Origin: Chiloscyllium plagiosum
Lineage: Eukaryota
Length of the DNA stretch: 57,740 nucleotides
NCBI RefSeq assembly: GCF_004010195.1
Contig: NC_057749.1
Span: forward strand, 10,527,409 to 10,585,148
Direction of reading: 5' to 3'
Shown: piece after piece, positions 39,485-53,036 of the stretch
Numbering within the stretch: the first letter of the stretch is position 1
Layout of the letters: every line of letters starts with the position of its first letter
The notes under the pieces: generated by a model
The model's database searches: none
What the model was told of the DNA's origin: nothing
What the model saw: only the letters and a program-made list of their open reading frames with translations
Translations under genes and position numbers: made by a program

Positions 39485-39871
39485 CTATACAAATGCAAAC
39501 AGGATTCACCATTATACATTACTGACACACCAATGCACTGTCGGAACCATGAGCAACATGGCCACTCAGTTACACCAAAAATCAATTCATTAAGTTACAC
39601 TAATTTCACAGTCCACACACATCACAAAGCTTTGGGCTCTTGTGGTACAGTGGTAGTGTCTGTGCCTCTGGGCCAAAAATTCCAGGTTCAAGTCTCACCT
39701 GCTCTGGAGGTGCATCCTAACAGATTGATTAAAAGCTTTTTTTCAACATGACTAAATTACTTGTAGCATGGAGATAGTGTCTCTACCTCTGGGCCAGAAG
39801 GTCCAGGTTCAAGTCCTTCATATCTCAGGATGTGATGCCCTTGATATGTCTTTTTGTTCTTAAATGACTTA

Positions 39872-40086
39872 CAGGTTGTTCTGCTGTAACACATGTCTGG
39901 TCAACACAAATTGGCTATAACGCGGTTGGCCAATTGTGGACATTGTTTGGATAACGTAATCTTTCTACTGAATGGGTAAGCGATTTTCTGTTAGCGATCT
40001 CCTACAGTGTGGTTTTCTACAGCGTGGTTTTCCATAGTGCAAGGTTGCAGAGGAACATAACTGCTGTGTCACAGCAGAATGACCTG
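39872..40086. mobile_element. Tc1/mariner(pogo/Tigger)-type MITE
   Basis: 21-bp TIRs caggttgttctgctgtaacac and rc caggtcattctgctgtgacac (18/21); TA on both sides. Confidence 0.75.
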
Positions 40087-40486
40087 TATGTCACATCTCA
40101 GATGTGAACATTTACTGACAACATTCCGGAATGTTGTCCGATACTTAATGCTTCAATCAACTGATGCTGACAGGCTGTTTCAACTGACTGCAGAACTCGG
40201 GGTTATAATCCCAAGACAAGAGCTCATCCATCTAGGACAAAGATGAGAACAAATTTCCTCACTCAGTAGATAGTGAAACTTGGAATATTTGATCCCAGAG
40301 AGCTCAGTGAGTATATTCAAGGCTGAGGTTGATAGAGTTTTGAACCCTGACGGAGTCAAAGCGACTATGCTGTGCGAGTAGAGTAGAAGTGAAAACCATT
40401 CACAATCTTGTTAAATGGCAGAACAGATTCAAGGGGACGAATGGCCTACTCCTGCTCCTATTTCTTTGTTTGTCACTTGAATTTAC

Positions 40487-40571
40487 CCGTACGCTTTTTA
40501 GATGCTTCGGGCTTTGCTTTCGGTCTCTCTTTCAACTTTTTGTCCAAAAGAGTCTCCATTCTTTCAATAAC
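40487..40571 (-). CDS. CCDC33: CCDC33 coding exon
   Basis: ttgcag/gtaaat; 85 nt; VIERMETLLDKKLKERPKAKPEASKKRT. Confidence 0.9.
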
Positions 40572-40887
40572 CTGCAACAACAAATGACATTTGATAGATC
40601 GGTTGAATGCCATTCATCCAGTGTGGAGAGCACTTGATTCCGAATCTAAACCATACTGCACTTAAATCTGTGAAGGTATGAAACTGACTGGATCCCAGGA
40701 TATCTCCATAATTCCGGCAAGTCACTCAAATAATAAAATTTGCTCAACTGTCAAACAAGAATGTCCTCGTGACAGGGGTTTGTAAACTTTAAGTACAATA
40801 ACATACTCAGTTTTGCAACAAAACAAGAAATGAGAAAGAAAATAAGATTAATCTCTGCATTTTTTGAGCTTTTAGGAAAGAAATCAT

Positions 40888-41240
40888 GTGGGTCATGGAT
40901 AGGATAGATAGACAAGGTCTTTTCCCTGGAGTGGGGGGAGTCCCAAACTAGAGGGCATAGGTTTAAGGTGAGAGAGGAAGGATTTAAAGGGACTTAAGGG
41001 ACAACTTTTTTCACACAGAAGGTAGTGCATCTATGGAGTAAGTTGCCGGAGGAAGTGGGGGAGACTGGTACAATTACAGCATTTAAAAGGCATCTTGATG
41101 GGTGTAAGAATTGGAAGGGTTTAGAGGGATATGGGCCGAGTGCTGGCAAATGGGACTAGATTGAGTTGGGATATCTGGTCAGCAAGGACAAGTTGGACCA
41201 AAGGATCTGTTTCCATGCTGTACATCTCTATGACTCTATA
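40888..41240 (+). mobile_element. CR1 3' end (similar short ends at about 31313-31465 -, 38633-38980 -, 47960-48367 +, 8563-8665 +)
   Basis: Same 3' UTR and tail as 19696-20596. Confidence 0.85.
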
Positions 41241-42026
41241 AATCAAAACTAGTACCTAAGTTAGAACAGTCAAAAGTAATTCATTAAGACATGCTGCAGC
41301 ATGGTAAAGTGTAAAGGAAATATTAATAGGAATTCATTGAGAGATTCTTGTCTTGATGAGCTGGAGGCTCTCATGACCTTTTACAACCCGGGACACACAG
41401 CAGTGTTTCTCCGCTACCCGCAAAGTTCCATTGTCTGCTAAGTTTCTGACTTTGGTTCAAACAATTGCTAAAATGGACACCAGAACCAGGAGAGTCTAAG
41501 TACCAGGAAGTTCTTGTCCTTAGAAAAGAGCAGATGAGAGGTTATCTCAATGTCTTTAACATTACAAAGGAATTTAGAGGCATTCAGCATGGAAACAGCT
41601 CCCAGAGGGGACTGACACAGACACAGTGCAAACTCCACACTGACAGACACCTGAGGCTAGGATTGAACCTCGGTCCCTGCTGCTGTGACCGCAGAGTCAC
41701 TTTGCCATTCCCCCCATCCCCCACACTTTGTTGCTGAATCACATCCTGGAGCTCCCTCCACGGCAGTACTGTGGGAGTATGTACACGACATGAACTGCAG
41801 TTGTTCCACAAGTTAGCTCACTATTACGGATTAAGGATGGTCAATAAATGCTGATCCAGTCAGTGACGCCCCTCATCCCGTGAATAAATAAAAAGAAACA
41901 TAATTAGGCAGGACCTGTTAAATGGAAAGTCATGTTCAGCCTTCCCAGAACCCAAATGAGATGTCTCTTTAAAAATTGGAACTTGTGTATGTTACAAACT
42001 CTGCACGTCTTCACCAACTCCCTTAC

Positions 42027-42158
42027 CTTTTCCTGTTGCCGTATGGTGTCTTCCAGAATCTTTGATTTGTGCATTTTTTCCTGGTATTTGTGCAGCGCTG
42101 CCAGCTGCTGCTGATGGGCTTTCTGTGACTTCAAAAGTTCAGCTTCACGATCGTTCTT
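42027..42158 (-). CDS. CCDC33: CCDC33 coding exon
   Basis: ttctag/gtaagg; 132 nt; KNDREAELLKSQKAHQQQLAALHKYQEKMHKSKILEDTIRQQEK. Confidence 0.94.
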
Positions 42159-43994
42159 CTAGAACAAACAATAATGACATCGGGGTCTTACTGAACAAAG
42201 GTAGCCACCATGCCAGCCATTGAAGCTTAGATTAGGAACATGAGAAACACACTAAGGGACTAAAGATGAGCAATAGAGGTGGTCCAACCAGGGACTCCCA
42301 TGTCTCATGAGTAAATTTTTTTTAAAAACCAACAAACATGTTACTTTTCTGTAAGATCAAGGCAAAAAATCACCACATCCCACAGACAATGTTTTGTCCT
42401 GGATTGCCTCATGCCCCATTTGCCCTATTCTCCCATTGGCATTTCTTCATAACTCACTCCACAAATCTACTAGCCTTAAAGTGACCTGGATTTCCTTTTA
42501 CACAGATGTTACTCTTTTTTAAAACTTGCGTATCTTTGCAATCCTTCAGCACAATGAGCAACATCCCCGGGATCAATTTGATCCATTCAATTCATAATGT
42601 TACAAGTTTCAAACTGATCAGCATTCAACACCCTCTACCGTTCTAAAAGCAGACAAGGCCTCCTTAAAACCTTCCTTGTAAATTCTTATATTTATCTTTG
42701 ATGACCAGCCCTCTCAGCTCTCTAGGATATTAATATTATAGCCATTACTCAGTGATGGAATCTGGGCACAATAATATTAAACGTCAATATTTCAATACAC
42801 GTTTGCCAGAGCTACGTCATGCCAAGATTTTGCAGATACTTAGTGCCTACCACTTTCCACAAATCAGATTTAATTTGGGTCAGTTCTTCATAATATTACA
42901 GTCAGTGGTGTTATTGAATACCAATACATTTGCCAGGATCGGCGCAGCTCTAAGAACACTAAGTTTTGACTGACTTATCTCAGAAAGGATGCATTGGTAT
43001 TGGAGGCATTCTGGAGAATGTTCACTCGGCTGATCCTGGGTATGGAGGGATTGTTTTATCAGGACAGGTTGAGTCAGTTGACATTGTGTGCATTGGATTT
43101 AAGAAGGAGAGGAGACCTTATTGGAGCACACAGGATTCTGAGGGGACTTGACAGTGTGGATGGGGAGAGTTTAGGACCAAAGGAGATAACCTCAGAATAA
43201 GGTGTTGCTCATTTAGGACAGAGATGAGGAGTAATTTCTTCTCTCAGAGGGTGGTGAATCTGTGTGGAACACTTTACCACAGAGGGCTTGGAAAGGTTGG
43301 GTCATTAAGCAAATCCAAGGCTGAGGTAAGAGGGATTTTTAATCCATAAGGGAATCAAGGATTATGGGGAAAAGGCAGGAAAATGAAGCTGAGGAATATC
43401 AGAACAACCATGATCTCATTGAATGACAGAGCAGACATGGTGGGCTGAATGGCCTTCTTCTGCTGCTACACCTTATGGCTAGCATTCAAGAGGTTCGACA
43501 TCATCCAGGGCAAAGCAGACTTTTTGATTGGCACTCTGTCCACTTTCTGGCTTCCTTCACTGCCTTGACTACTGATGCTCAGTAGCAGCAGCGTTGTGCC
43601 GTCTATAAGATGCACTACAGCAGCTCAGCAAGCCTCCTCTGCCAGCGCCCTCATAACCTCCCATCCCTACCACGCTGGAAGGAAAAGGGCAGCAGACAGT
43701 TGGCAAGATCATCACCACCTGCAGGTTCCAGACCACTCCCACCCACACGCTGAATCAGAATTATAGCTTAGATTTCTGCCAAGTCAAGATGACTCAGGAT
43801 CCCTTCCTAAAGGGTGGCATGTCCCAGTGCTGTGATTCCTGATCCCATTCCTGGGGTTTCCAATATTTCACAGTACACAACCTGGACACCAACCCACACC
43901 CTCTGCACTCCTCACCCTAGCCAGCTCCACTGAGGAGATCGACATGACCCACCCCTTCACCATGTTCATGGAGACAGACCAGTTTTTCCAAAGA

Positions 43995-44278
43995 GTCCTG
44001 GAATCCCTACACTGTGGAAGTAGACCATTTGGCCCAGACCCATCCCCCACTACACTATCCCTGTAATCCTGCATTTCCCCTGGCTAACCCATCCATCCTG
44101 CACAAGTTAGCATGGCCAATCCACCTAACCTGCACAACTTTGGACTGTGGGAGAAAATCCATGCAGACACAGGGAGAACATGCAAACTCCAAGCAGACAG
44201 TCACCTAAGGCAGGAATCGAACCTGGGTCCCTGGCACTGTGAGGCATCAGTGCTAACCACTGAGCCACCATGCCGCCC
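43995..44278 (-). mobile_element. HE1-type SINE (others at about 44905-45120 + and 49410-49718 +)
   Basis: tRNA head and V-domain. Confidence 0.85.
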
Positions 44279-44391
44279 CAATCACTGGATGTGTAGGTCG
44301 AGGCCGAGACCTCCCTGGTTTGTCTGGATAGCCCAGGGCCCTTAAAAGGAATATCATCCACACAAGACACTTCCATTCCCCCATGACTCAC

Positions 44392-44480
44392 CCGTATCAA
44401 TTCATTCTGGAGCTGCTGCACTTTGTCTTTGCAATTCAGAAGCTCCGCAGTCTCTGTGGCCAGTTTCTGTCTTAACAAAA
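44392..44480 (-). CDS. CCDC33: CCDC33 coding exon
   Basis: ttccag/gtgagt; 89 nt; (V)LLRQKLATETAELLNCKDKVQQLQNELIR. Confidence 0.93.
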
Positions 44481-45463
44481 CTGGAAATCAAATAAGCAAA
44501 AATACAAATGAAAAGAGGTTTAAAGTTCAGTTCCACACCCACACAATTTAGATGATGGTTTCTAACAGCAATGAGAACCAGTCCCTTTACTAATCCAGCA
44601 ACACGGGGACTAAGGACAGTTGTTCATCAAGGAGCTACCGCGGGCCTGAAGGACAGATTGGTCTCTTTCTGCAGACAGAAAGTCAAGTGCAGGATAAAAA
44701 CGCCTTCCAGGAAATGTAGCCCCAAGATCTGTGACTAGGAAGCGATGGGTTCAGCTTAATTTAATAAAATACTATTGAGTTACTCAGTGGATAGCTCTTT
44801 AATCTTTGTGCAGAAAGTCTATTTTATATTATCTCATGGTCCAGAGTGTTGATCAGCCAGCTATGAAAGCCTGTGCTATTGACATTGTTGGAAAGCATAA
44901 CTGAGGTAGCACAGTGACTCAGTGGTTAGCACCACTGTCTCACAGCGCCAAGGACCCGGGTTTGATTGCACCTCTGGGAGACCGTCTGTGTGGAGTTTGC
45001 ACATTCTCCCTGTGTCTGTGTGAGTTTCTTCCCACTGTCCAAAAATGTTCAGGTTAGAGTGGTTTGACCATGCTAAATATGGGATTACTGGGATAGGGAG
45101 GGTCTGGGTCTGGGTAGGGGTGGCAATGGCATAGCGGTATTATCACTTGACTATTAATCCAGAAACTCAGATAATGTTCTGAGGACCTGGGCACCAATCC
45201 TGCCATGGAAGATGGTGGAATTTAAATTCAGTTTAAAAAGTCTAATGATGGCCATGAATCCATTGTTGATTGTCATTAGAACCCATCTGGTTCACCAGTG
45301 TCCTTCTAGGAATGAAACTGCAATCCTTACCTGGTCTGGTCTACACATGACTCCAGACCCACAGCAATTAGGGATAAATTGGTAATACGTGCAGGCCTAA
45401 CCAGGGATTTCCGCATCTCCCTGGGTGAATAACTAAACTTGCTCTTCAGAGGGTTTGTGCAGA

Positions 45464-45637
45464 GTCGAAAAGTGTGGTGCTGGAAAAGCATAACAGGTCA
45501 GGTAGCATCCAGGGAGCAGGAGAGTTGACGTTTCAGGCATAAGCCCTTCATCAGAGATGTGGAGGGGAAGGGGGCTGAGAGATAAATGGGAGGGTGGGAC
45601 TGGGGAGAAGGAAGGTGGGAAGGCGATAGGTGGATGC
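45464..45637 (-). mobile_element. PLE terminal repeat with hammerhead motif (45524-45558) and 14-bp TSD
   Basis: On -: CUGAUGA-A-GGGC-UUAU-GCCU-GAAAC-GUC; agggtttgtgcaga and aggattggtgcaga. Confidence 0.78.
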
Positions 45638-45795
45638 AGGATTGGTGCAGACTTGATGGGCAGAAAGGTCTCTTTCCACACTCTTGGGATTCTGAGACTA
45701 TAAACAAAAGAAAACTAGATAGATCGGGGACACGATCACCGATTTTACCTCAACGGTATGCTCACAATGACGGTACGAGTACTTTAAAACCAGAC

Positions 45796-45991
45796 CTATT
45801 CTGTCAGCTATTTCTGCTTTAGTCATCACATCAATGTCGGTGTCATCCAACAGAACTCGGCCGAGGTCTTGATGGGAGCTCAGCTCACTCCGCAGTTTGC
45901 TGTTTTCAACCTCCAGCCTCGTGACATCCTTCCTCAGGTTAATGATGTCCTCAGCCATCTTCTGCATGGCGGTCCGGTAATTATCCAGCTC
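45796..45991 (-). CDS. CCDC33: CCDC33 coding exon (start of coiled coil)
   Basis: ggcag acceptor; [37 protein letters not shown] resembles human [20 protein letters not shown] (recalled); phase-1 donor G/gtctgg. Confidence 0.9.
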
Positions 45992-45998
45992 CTGCCAG

Positions 45999-46022
45999 CA
46001 CACACACACACACACACACACA
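45999..46022 (+). repeat. (CA)12 microsatellite abutting a CCDC33 splice acceptor
   Basis: Directly visible. Confidence 0.95.
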
Positions 46023-46371
46023 TAAAGAGTGGAACGAGGCAACCAGTTCCATTTCCCAAAAGCATGCTTTTTCTGATATTAGCAACCGTGGAGTTATTGC
46101 ACAGCCCCCCCCACCCACCAACACATTCATATGGTGTGGATAACAACAGCAAGCCTAACATTTATTGCCCAACCAACTTCCCTTGCGAGATACAGTTACA
46201 ACATTTAAACACGTGGACAAGTACATGAATGGGAAAGTTTGGTGGGGTGTGGGCTAAATGCAGGCAAGTGGGACTAGTTTAGTTCAGGAACATGGTCAGC
46301 ATGGACTAGCGGACTGAAGGGTCTGATCCGTGCTGTATGACTCTATGTCTCTAAGACAGCAGATCTGTAGG

Positions 46372-47145
46372 CAGGAATCTTAACAGGACGTATACACTTA
46401 ATGATAAGGTCCTGGGAGTGTTGCTGAACAAAGAAAACTTGGAGTGCAGTTCATAGCTCCTTGAAAGTGGAGTTACAGGTAGATAGGATAGTGAAGAAGG
46501 TGTTTGGTATGCTTTCCTTTATTGGTCAGAGTATTGAGTACAGGAGTTGGGAGGCCATGTTGCAGCTGTATAGGACATTGGTTAGGCCACTTTTGGAATA
46601 TTGCATGCAATTCTGGTCTCCTTCCAATGGAAAGACGTTGTGAAACCTGAACGGATTCAGAAATGATTTATAAGAATGTTGCCAGGGTTGGAGGATTTGA
46701 GCTAAAGGGAGAGGTTGAATAGACTGGGGCTGTTTTCTTTGGATCGTCGGAGGCTGAGGGGGTGACCTAATAGAGGTTTATAAAATCATGATGGGTATGG
46801 ATAGGGTAAATAGACAAAGTCTCTTCCCTGGAGTTGGTGAGTCCAGACCTAGAGGGTATAGGTTTAGGGTGAGAGGGGAAAGCTATAAAAGAGACCTAAG
46901 GGGCAACTTTTTCACGCGGAGGATGGCATGTGTATGGAATGATCTGCCAGAGGAAGTGGTGGAGGCTGGTACAATTGAAATATTTAAAAGGCATCTGGAT
47001 GGGTATATGAATAGAAGGGTTTGGAGGGATATGGGCTGGGTGCTGGCAGGTGGGACTAGATTGGGTTGGGATATCTGGTCGGCATGGACGGCTTGGACCA
47101 AAGGATATGTTTCCATGCTATAAATCTCTATGATTCTATGACACT
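46372..47145 (+). mobile_element. CR1 3' fragment
   Basis: LQLYRTLVRPLLEYCMQFWSP...WNDLPEEVVEAGT; tail repeat. Confidence 0.9.
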
Positions 47146-50100
47146 ATGTACATATTCTTGAGGGCAGCTGGGCTTGAGCAATAATGTTGCCCTAGACAGT
47201 GATGCCCACATCCTGTGAACAAATAATTTATTTTTTCTAAAATAAATCAGCTTTCACCAGCTCATACAACCATTGCATTTGAAAAGGAAATGGATATTGT
47301 ACAGAGAAAATGTACAGGACTTCAGGAATAACGCAAGGGAATAGAAGAAATTGAAAAACTGTTCCAAAGAGCTGGGGTATGACAAGCTGAATGACTTCCT
47401 TCTGGCTGATGCACTTTAAATGTTACAATCGATTTTAATTTATGCCGTTTTAACAGTGACTTTAGCACCGATATTTTGTATGGCCTTTGAATTCTTTGGG
47501 GCCAGCCCATAATAAACCTGTTGGAAACAGTTACAATGACTGAACTGGCAGGTGTGAATGGGAGATAAGCAAGTTCATTACAATAGATCAGATGGGCAGT
47601 GATCACACACCCCACTTCCCCTGGGAATCAGAGGTGGATAATCATACCATCCACTTACAGAGATAATGCCACAGTCATCGTTTCACTTCTTGTTATTGAA
47701 GGTTAACAACTGGAACACTGATTGTTAATATACACTTCCAGTCGTAAAACCGAAATAAAATTGTTTGCAAATATCACAGTAAGAGGTGATGCAAAAGAAA
47801 AGGTGAATTAAAACAAAAGACTGGCATTGATATAGCGTCTTTCACAACCTCAAGAATTCCCATAAGCAGAACTTGGGTAGGGTGATTTGGGGTAACCTCC
47901 TGGGGCCAATGCTTTGTGGAGGGAGGGGGTTTGGGTGAGATGTCCTGCACTGGGATTACAGGCTGAGGGGTGACCTTATAGAAGTTTATAAAATCATGGT
48001 TGGCGGGGGGGGGGGGGGGGGGGGGCATGGATAGAGTGAATAGTTAAGGTCTTTTCTCTAGGATGGATGAGTCCCAAACTAGAGGGAATAGGTTTAAGGT
48101 GAGAGAGAAAAGGTATAAAAGGGACCTCAGGGACAACATTTTCATGCAGAGGATGGTGTGTGTGTGGAATGAGCTGCCAGAGGAAGTGGTGGAGGCTGAT
48201 ACAATTACAGCATTTAAAAGACTTTGGGATGGACACATGAAAAGGAAGGATTTAGAGCGAATTGGGCCAAATGCTGGTAAATGGGATTAGATTCATTTAG
48301 GAAAGCTGGTTGGCATGGACGCGTTGGACTGAAGGGTCTTTGTCAGTGCTGTATGACTATGACTCTAAAGGCATCCGGGAGGAACTTAAAGCCAGGATGG
48401 GGCGAGAGTGGTACCCTCTGACCTTCAGTTTTGTTTAAGTTAGACTCAGAGACCTTTATTGATGGACTGGAAGGAAAAGATGTTGTGTCCCATGGTGGGG
48501 GGACGCTCAAGACTTGATTTGCCCCAGCGGTGGGGTCAGAGTTAGGTGAGCAGGGCAAGGGGGATGGCTCTGTCCATAGGGATAAAGAAACTACATTGTT
48601 CAGATGTTTGGAATTCTGCCCGAGTTAACTCATCCCCTGCCTTTCCTGTCTGACTGGTCCACCACCTACAAGGTATACGTTGCCTGGGAAACCCAGTCAG
48701 CTCCCGGTGATTGCCTCACTGGAAAGACAGCGCCTCCAACAGTGCCGTATCCCACAGCACAGGCAAATAGGAGGTTGGCAAAACCCAAATCCATGCCCAC
48801 CGAGCTCAGAGGCAGGGAGTTACCACCTGAATCACTGGGACCCTTACAATCACCAGAGACATGAACCTTTCAACCACTTTTGAACCCTCTCCCCAGTGGA
48901 TACAAGAGTCAGTGTTAAAACTGGTTACAAGTCAATGTCTGACCCACTGAACCCCATAAACCTGACTTTTAAAAGGATTGTCATAGCAACAGCATCAGTA
49001 GTGGGTTAGTAAATATCAGGGAGTATTAAACAGTTTTTCTCACATGCAGCTCACAGGAAGAGATAAGCAGTCACAGCTATGTCCTTGATCAACTAACTCT
49101 ATCTGAAACATGACATTGAGCTCCCCGATTTCATGATGCTATGAGTTTTCTTTGTGCCAAAAGGTTAATCACGTTGCAAAGAAATAAGTTTGCAAGCAAA
49201 ATAAGTGTCAGAAGGTTCATTATTGAGTAGTTATATACCCTAACATTGTGATTCGAAGAACAGTGATAACACAGGTTTTATTGCAATCTACCACTGGCTC
49301 TACACTCCCATATCTCCAAGCTGCTAATGAGTTATAGAGTCATACAGCATGGAAGCAGGTCCTTCAGTCCAACTAGCACATGTGACCATATTCCAAAACT
49401 AAACTAATAGGGACAGCATGGTGGCTCAGTGCTTAGCACTACTACCTCACAGCACCAGGGTCCCAGGTTTGATTCCAGCCTCAGGTATCTGTCTGTGTGG
49501 ATTTTGCACGTTCTCCCCGTGTCTGCGTGTGTTTCCTCTGGATGCACCGGTTTCCTCCCACAGTCCAAAGATGTGCAGGTCAGGTGAATTGGCTGTGTTT
49601 AATTGCCCATAGTATTGGGTGCATTAGTCAGAGGGAAATGGGTCTGGGTGAGTTATTCTTTGGAGGGTCAGTGTGGACTGGTTGGTCCAAAGGGCCTGTA
49701 GGAAACCTAAACTAATCAAATCCCAAGATGGAGTTTAATTTGGATAATTGCGAGGTACTGCATTTTGGTCAAACAAACAAGTGATAGAGCCCTAGGGAGT
49801 GTTGTAGAACAAAGAGACTGAGGGGTTCAGGTACATAATCCTTTGAAATGTGTGTCACAAGTGGAAAGGGTGATTAAGAAGGTGTCTAGTACCCTTCCCT
49901 TCATTGCTCAGACGGTTGACTATCACAGTTGAGAAGTCATGTTGAGGTTGTACAGGATGTTGGTGAGGCCTCTTCTGAAGTACTGTGTCCAGGTCTTGTG
50001 GCCCTGTTATAGGAAGGATATTATTAAACTGGAGGGGGTTCAGAAAAGATTTACCAGGATGTTGCTGGGAATGAAGGGTTTGAGTTATAAAAATAGGCTG

Positions 50101-50214
50101 GGACTTTTTTTTTATAGCTATTTATGTGAGGAATGTTACCCAGAAACAGGCCAATACCAGAACACGAATGGACAGAGAAGTCAATACTCTAGGCTGATTA
50201 ATTCAGTAAAGCTG

Positions 50215-50500
50215 ATAATATCTGAGAGAAAATGTTTTCAAAGTCTCCCTGAAAAAAGATTGGAGTGTTCTCAGCGACCTGTGGAATCTCTTGCCCACAC
50301 TGGAGAAGAAGTACCCATGAAGGTGCCAACTATTCCTGGCATTGCCAACAAGCTCAGGTGAAGGCAAACGCAAAGAGTGAAGTGTAAATGTGAGCACCTC
50401 ATCCACCCAGCTCCCTCTTCAGACACCACCTGCCCCCCTGAGGCAGGATGTCCACATCCAGTATTGGATTGCTCAGTCACCTCAGGAGCCACAACTCCAG
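50215..50500 (+). mobile_element. RTE-clade LINE 3' remnant
   Basis: Decayed C-terminal motif ...SIGLLSHLRSH. Confidence 0.5.
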
Positions 50501-50576
50501 AGAGGAAGGAAGTCATCCTGCCTTACAAGAGACTGTTGAAGGAGAGAAGATAAATACAAGCCTTTCTTTTTCAAAA

Positions 50577-50660
50577 CTGAAAATGTGTTGCTGCAAAAGC
50601 GCAGCAGGTCAGGCAGCATCCAAGGAGCAGGAGAATCGACGTTTCGGGCATAAACCCTTC
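50577..50660 (-). mobile_element. 84-bp PLE terminal fragment with a perfect 13-bp TSD
   Basis: ttctttttcaaaa at 50564-50576 and 50661-50673; truncated within the hammerhead core. Confidence 0.8.
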
Positions 50661-52883
50661 TTCTTTTTCAAAAGCCCACACGTGTGTGAGATGCCCGATA
50701 CTGCACTGCCTGCAGGAAGGTTACAATGTTGTATATCAAGGTTGAGGCGTGCTCTGCCCTGGCGTAGCACACTGTGTGCAGAACTGTGTCAAATAATCAG
50801 CAATATTAACAGCACAAGTGATAAGTTTAGCCACAAGTTGTCAAATGTTGCTGCACTGTCAGAAACATGGTTTTAGAACATTAGCAGCATTAAACTGAGC
50901 CTCTATCTGCCCTAGTGAGGGCAGAAGTTCCCTTGGTATTGTTCCTAAGAAGAACAGAAAGAACTTGCCTGCTAACATTGAACCTTCAACCATTTATTTT
51001 GTGGTCACTCTTTGTGGGATCTTGCTCTGCAAAAATCAGCTGACGTTTGCCTTGGCTTTCAACAGTGGTCACGCTCATTGGTCTTCTCCACAGCAAAAAC
51101 TCAGCCAATCAGACTCGAGCTACCATCCAATCAGCAGTCTTTCCGGCCACGGTATAAGCTGTTGAGAAGGTTGGAGATTCGGCATTCTTGCATTTGTCCT
51201 GATGAGCGCAGGGCAAAAATCTTTGGAAACATGGTGTTGTTTTCAGCAAGGCGTTCATGGTCTGTGCAGCTGGGAATGTGTTGAAGTTGTGAAAGGTGCT
51301 ACGTATGTGAAGCTTTTCCTTCCATCAATATTCAGAAGAGGGACCAGCAACGACCGTTAGTAAGGAGGACCTGAAGAAACGTGCACAACGGAGAGGGAGG
51401 CAGAAAGAAAAGGAATTCCTGAGAGTGGGAATTTCAGAGAGCGATGTTAAAGACACATGCCAGTGAAATGAATCAGAAATAAGTGCACGGAACGCAATGG
51501 GGAAGTATCAAGAGTGGACAGGTGGATGAGGCTGTTTAAGGTTACTGTGCTGAGGAGATCATGGAAGGTTTTAAAAGACAGAGAGCCGACAGATAAAGAA
51601 GATAATTACACTTTGCCTCCAAAGTAACCATTTTCCAAGAATGCTCTGACAAAGTGAATATATCAAAAGGTCAAGGGCAGCCAAGCACAAAAGGTCATTC
51701 GGCCCATCAATTCCATGTTGGGTGTCTGAGGTGCAATCCATTCAGTCCTTTTCCCACCCCTTCCTACTCCACACCCCCAGCTTTATCGGTCCTAATGCCA
51801 TTACATGTGAATCCTGTGGTGATTGATGACCGTGTCAGGATTAGTATAGCTGTAAAACCCGCTCATGTGAAATAACGGTCAGTTAACAGTTAATGTTACC
51901 ACTGTAATGGATGCAGTGTGTGTTGTATTTGTTGCTAGTAGAGTCCTTGGTGAGATCTGAACTCCTCCTCTGACCTGGCCCCCCTCCACTCCCACGTTGC
52001 CAGCATTACAAATTTGAGACACGGACTGAAATCCCAAGGGCAGTCAGCGTATCTGAGGGAGTGGAAAGAGGGTGAAAATATCTTCTTTTGAAAAGAAAAC
52101 AGAACACAACTTATAACTCTTGAGGACAAGGTTAGATTTCCATTTGCGACAGAAGATTAGGCTTTCAATCAAGGATCTTAATTGTTACAACAAAGGCTGG
52201 TTCTGAAAATGTATGATCCTCCTCAAACAGTGCAGCTATATTGGCTTAGGATGTGAAGAAAGTAAACTATGTTATCTGGCCATTATTTAGACTATGTGTT
52301 GTTTTATAGAAAAGAAACAGATTTTACAACCTTTTTGCAAAGCTTTTGTGTCTTGATGCAAAATGGAACGGAGATAGAGTTGTTTCCCAGTGTTAAAGCA
52401 AGTGCGGTGGGTTTGGGACAAAGGTACTGAGCTGAACCTAATCTATTTCCTCCCACAACATATTCAGAGTTTAGACAACAGACAAATTACTGAAGAAAAT
52501 TTAACTGTCTTCAGTATAGAATGTACAGCAGAGAAACAAAAACACAGGAAATAGGAACTGGAGTAGGCCATTCTGCCCATCAAGTCTGCTCCAACCATTC
52601 AATATGATCAAGGCTGTTCATCTGACTCAGTAACCTGTTTCTGCTTTCTCTCCTTGCCCTTTGATCCCTTTAGCCTAAAGAACCACATCTAAATCTTAGT
52701 TGAAAACATTCAACGTATTGTTCTCAACAGCTTTCTGTGGTTCATCACACTCAGGGAGAAGAAATTTCTCCTCACTTCAATTCTAAATGGCCTCCCCCGT
52801 ATCGTCAGGCTGTGACCCTAATTCCGGACTCAGGTAGGTCCTCCCTGTGTTTACCCTGTTCAGTCCAGCTGGCTCACTCTGGA

Positions 52884-53036
52884 TCAAATCCAAAACACCC
52901 GTAGACGCTGCCAATCAGAAGCAAAAACAGAAATGTACTGAGGAGGGATCAGTCGACCAGAAACACTAGCTCGGATTTCTCTCCACAGATGCTGCCAGAC
53001 CTGCTGAGCTTTTCCAGAAATTTCCGTTTGTGTTTG
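52884..53036. mobile_element. Inverted PLE terminal-repeat insertion with 14-bp TSD
   Basis: tggctcactctgga (52870-52883) and tggctcattctgga (53037-53050); CTGAGGA...GAAAC at 52938-52964. Confidence 0.75.

Noticed and set aside
48005..48025. Poly-G run as a G-quadruplex
   Set aside because: Expansion of a G stretch inside a CR1 fragment; homopolymer length is unreliable
48343..48883. Pro-rich ORFs as upstream CCDC33 exons (also candidates near 51800-52130)
   Set aside because: No recognisable similarity and no phase-compatible splice sites; upstream exons may lie outside the window or were missed
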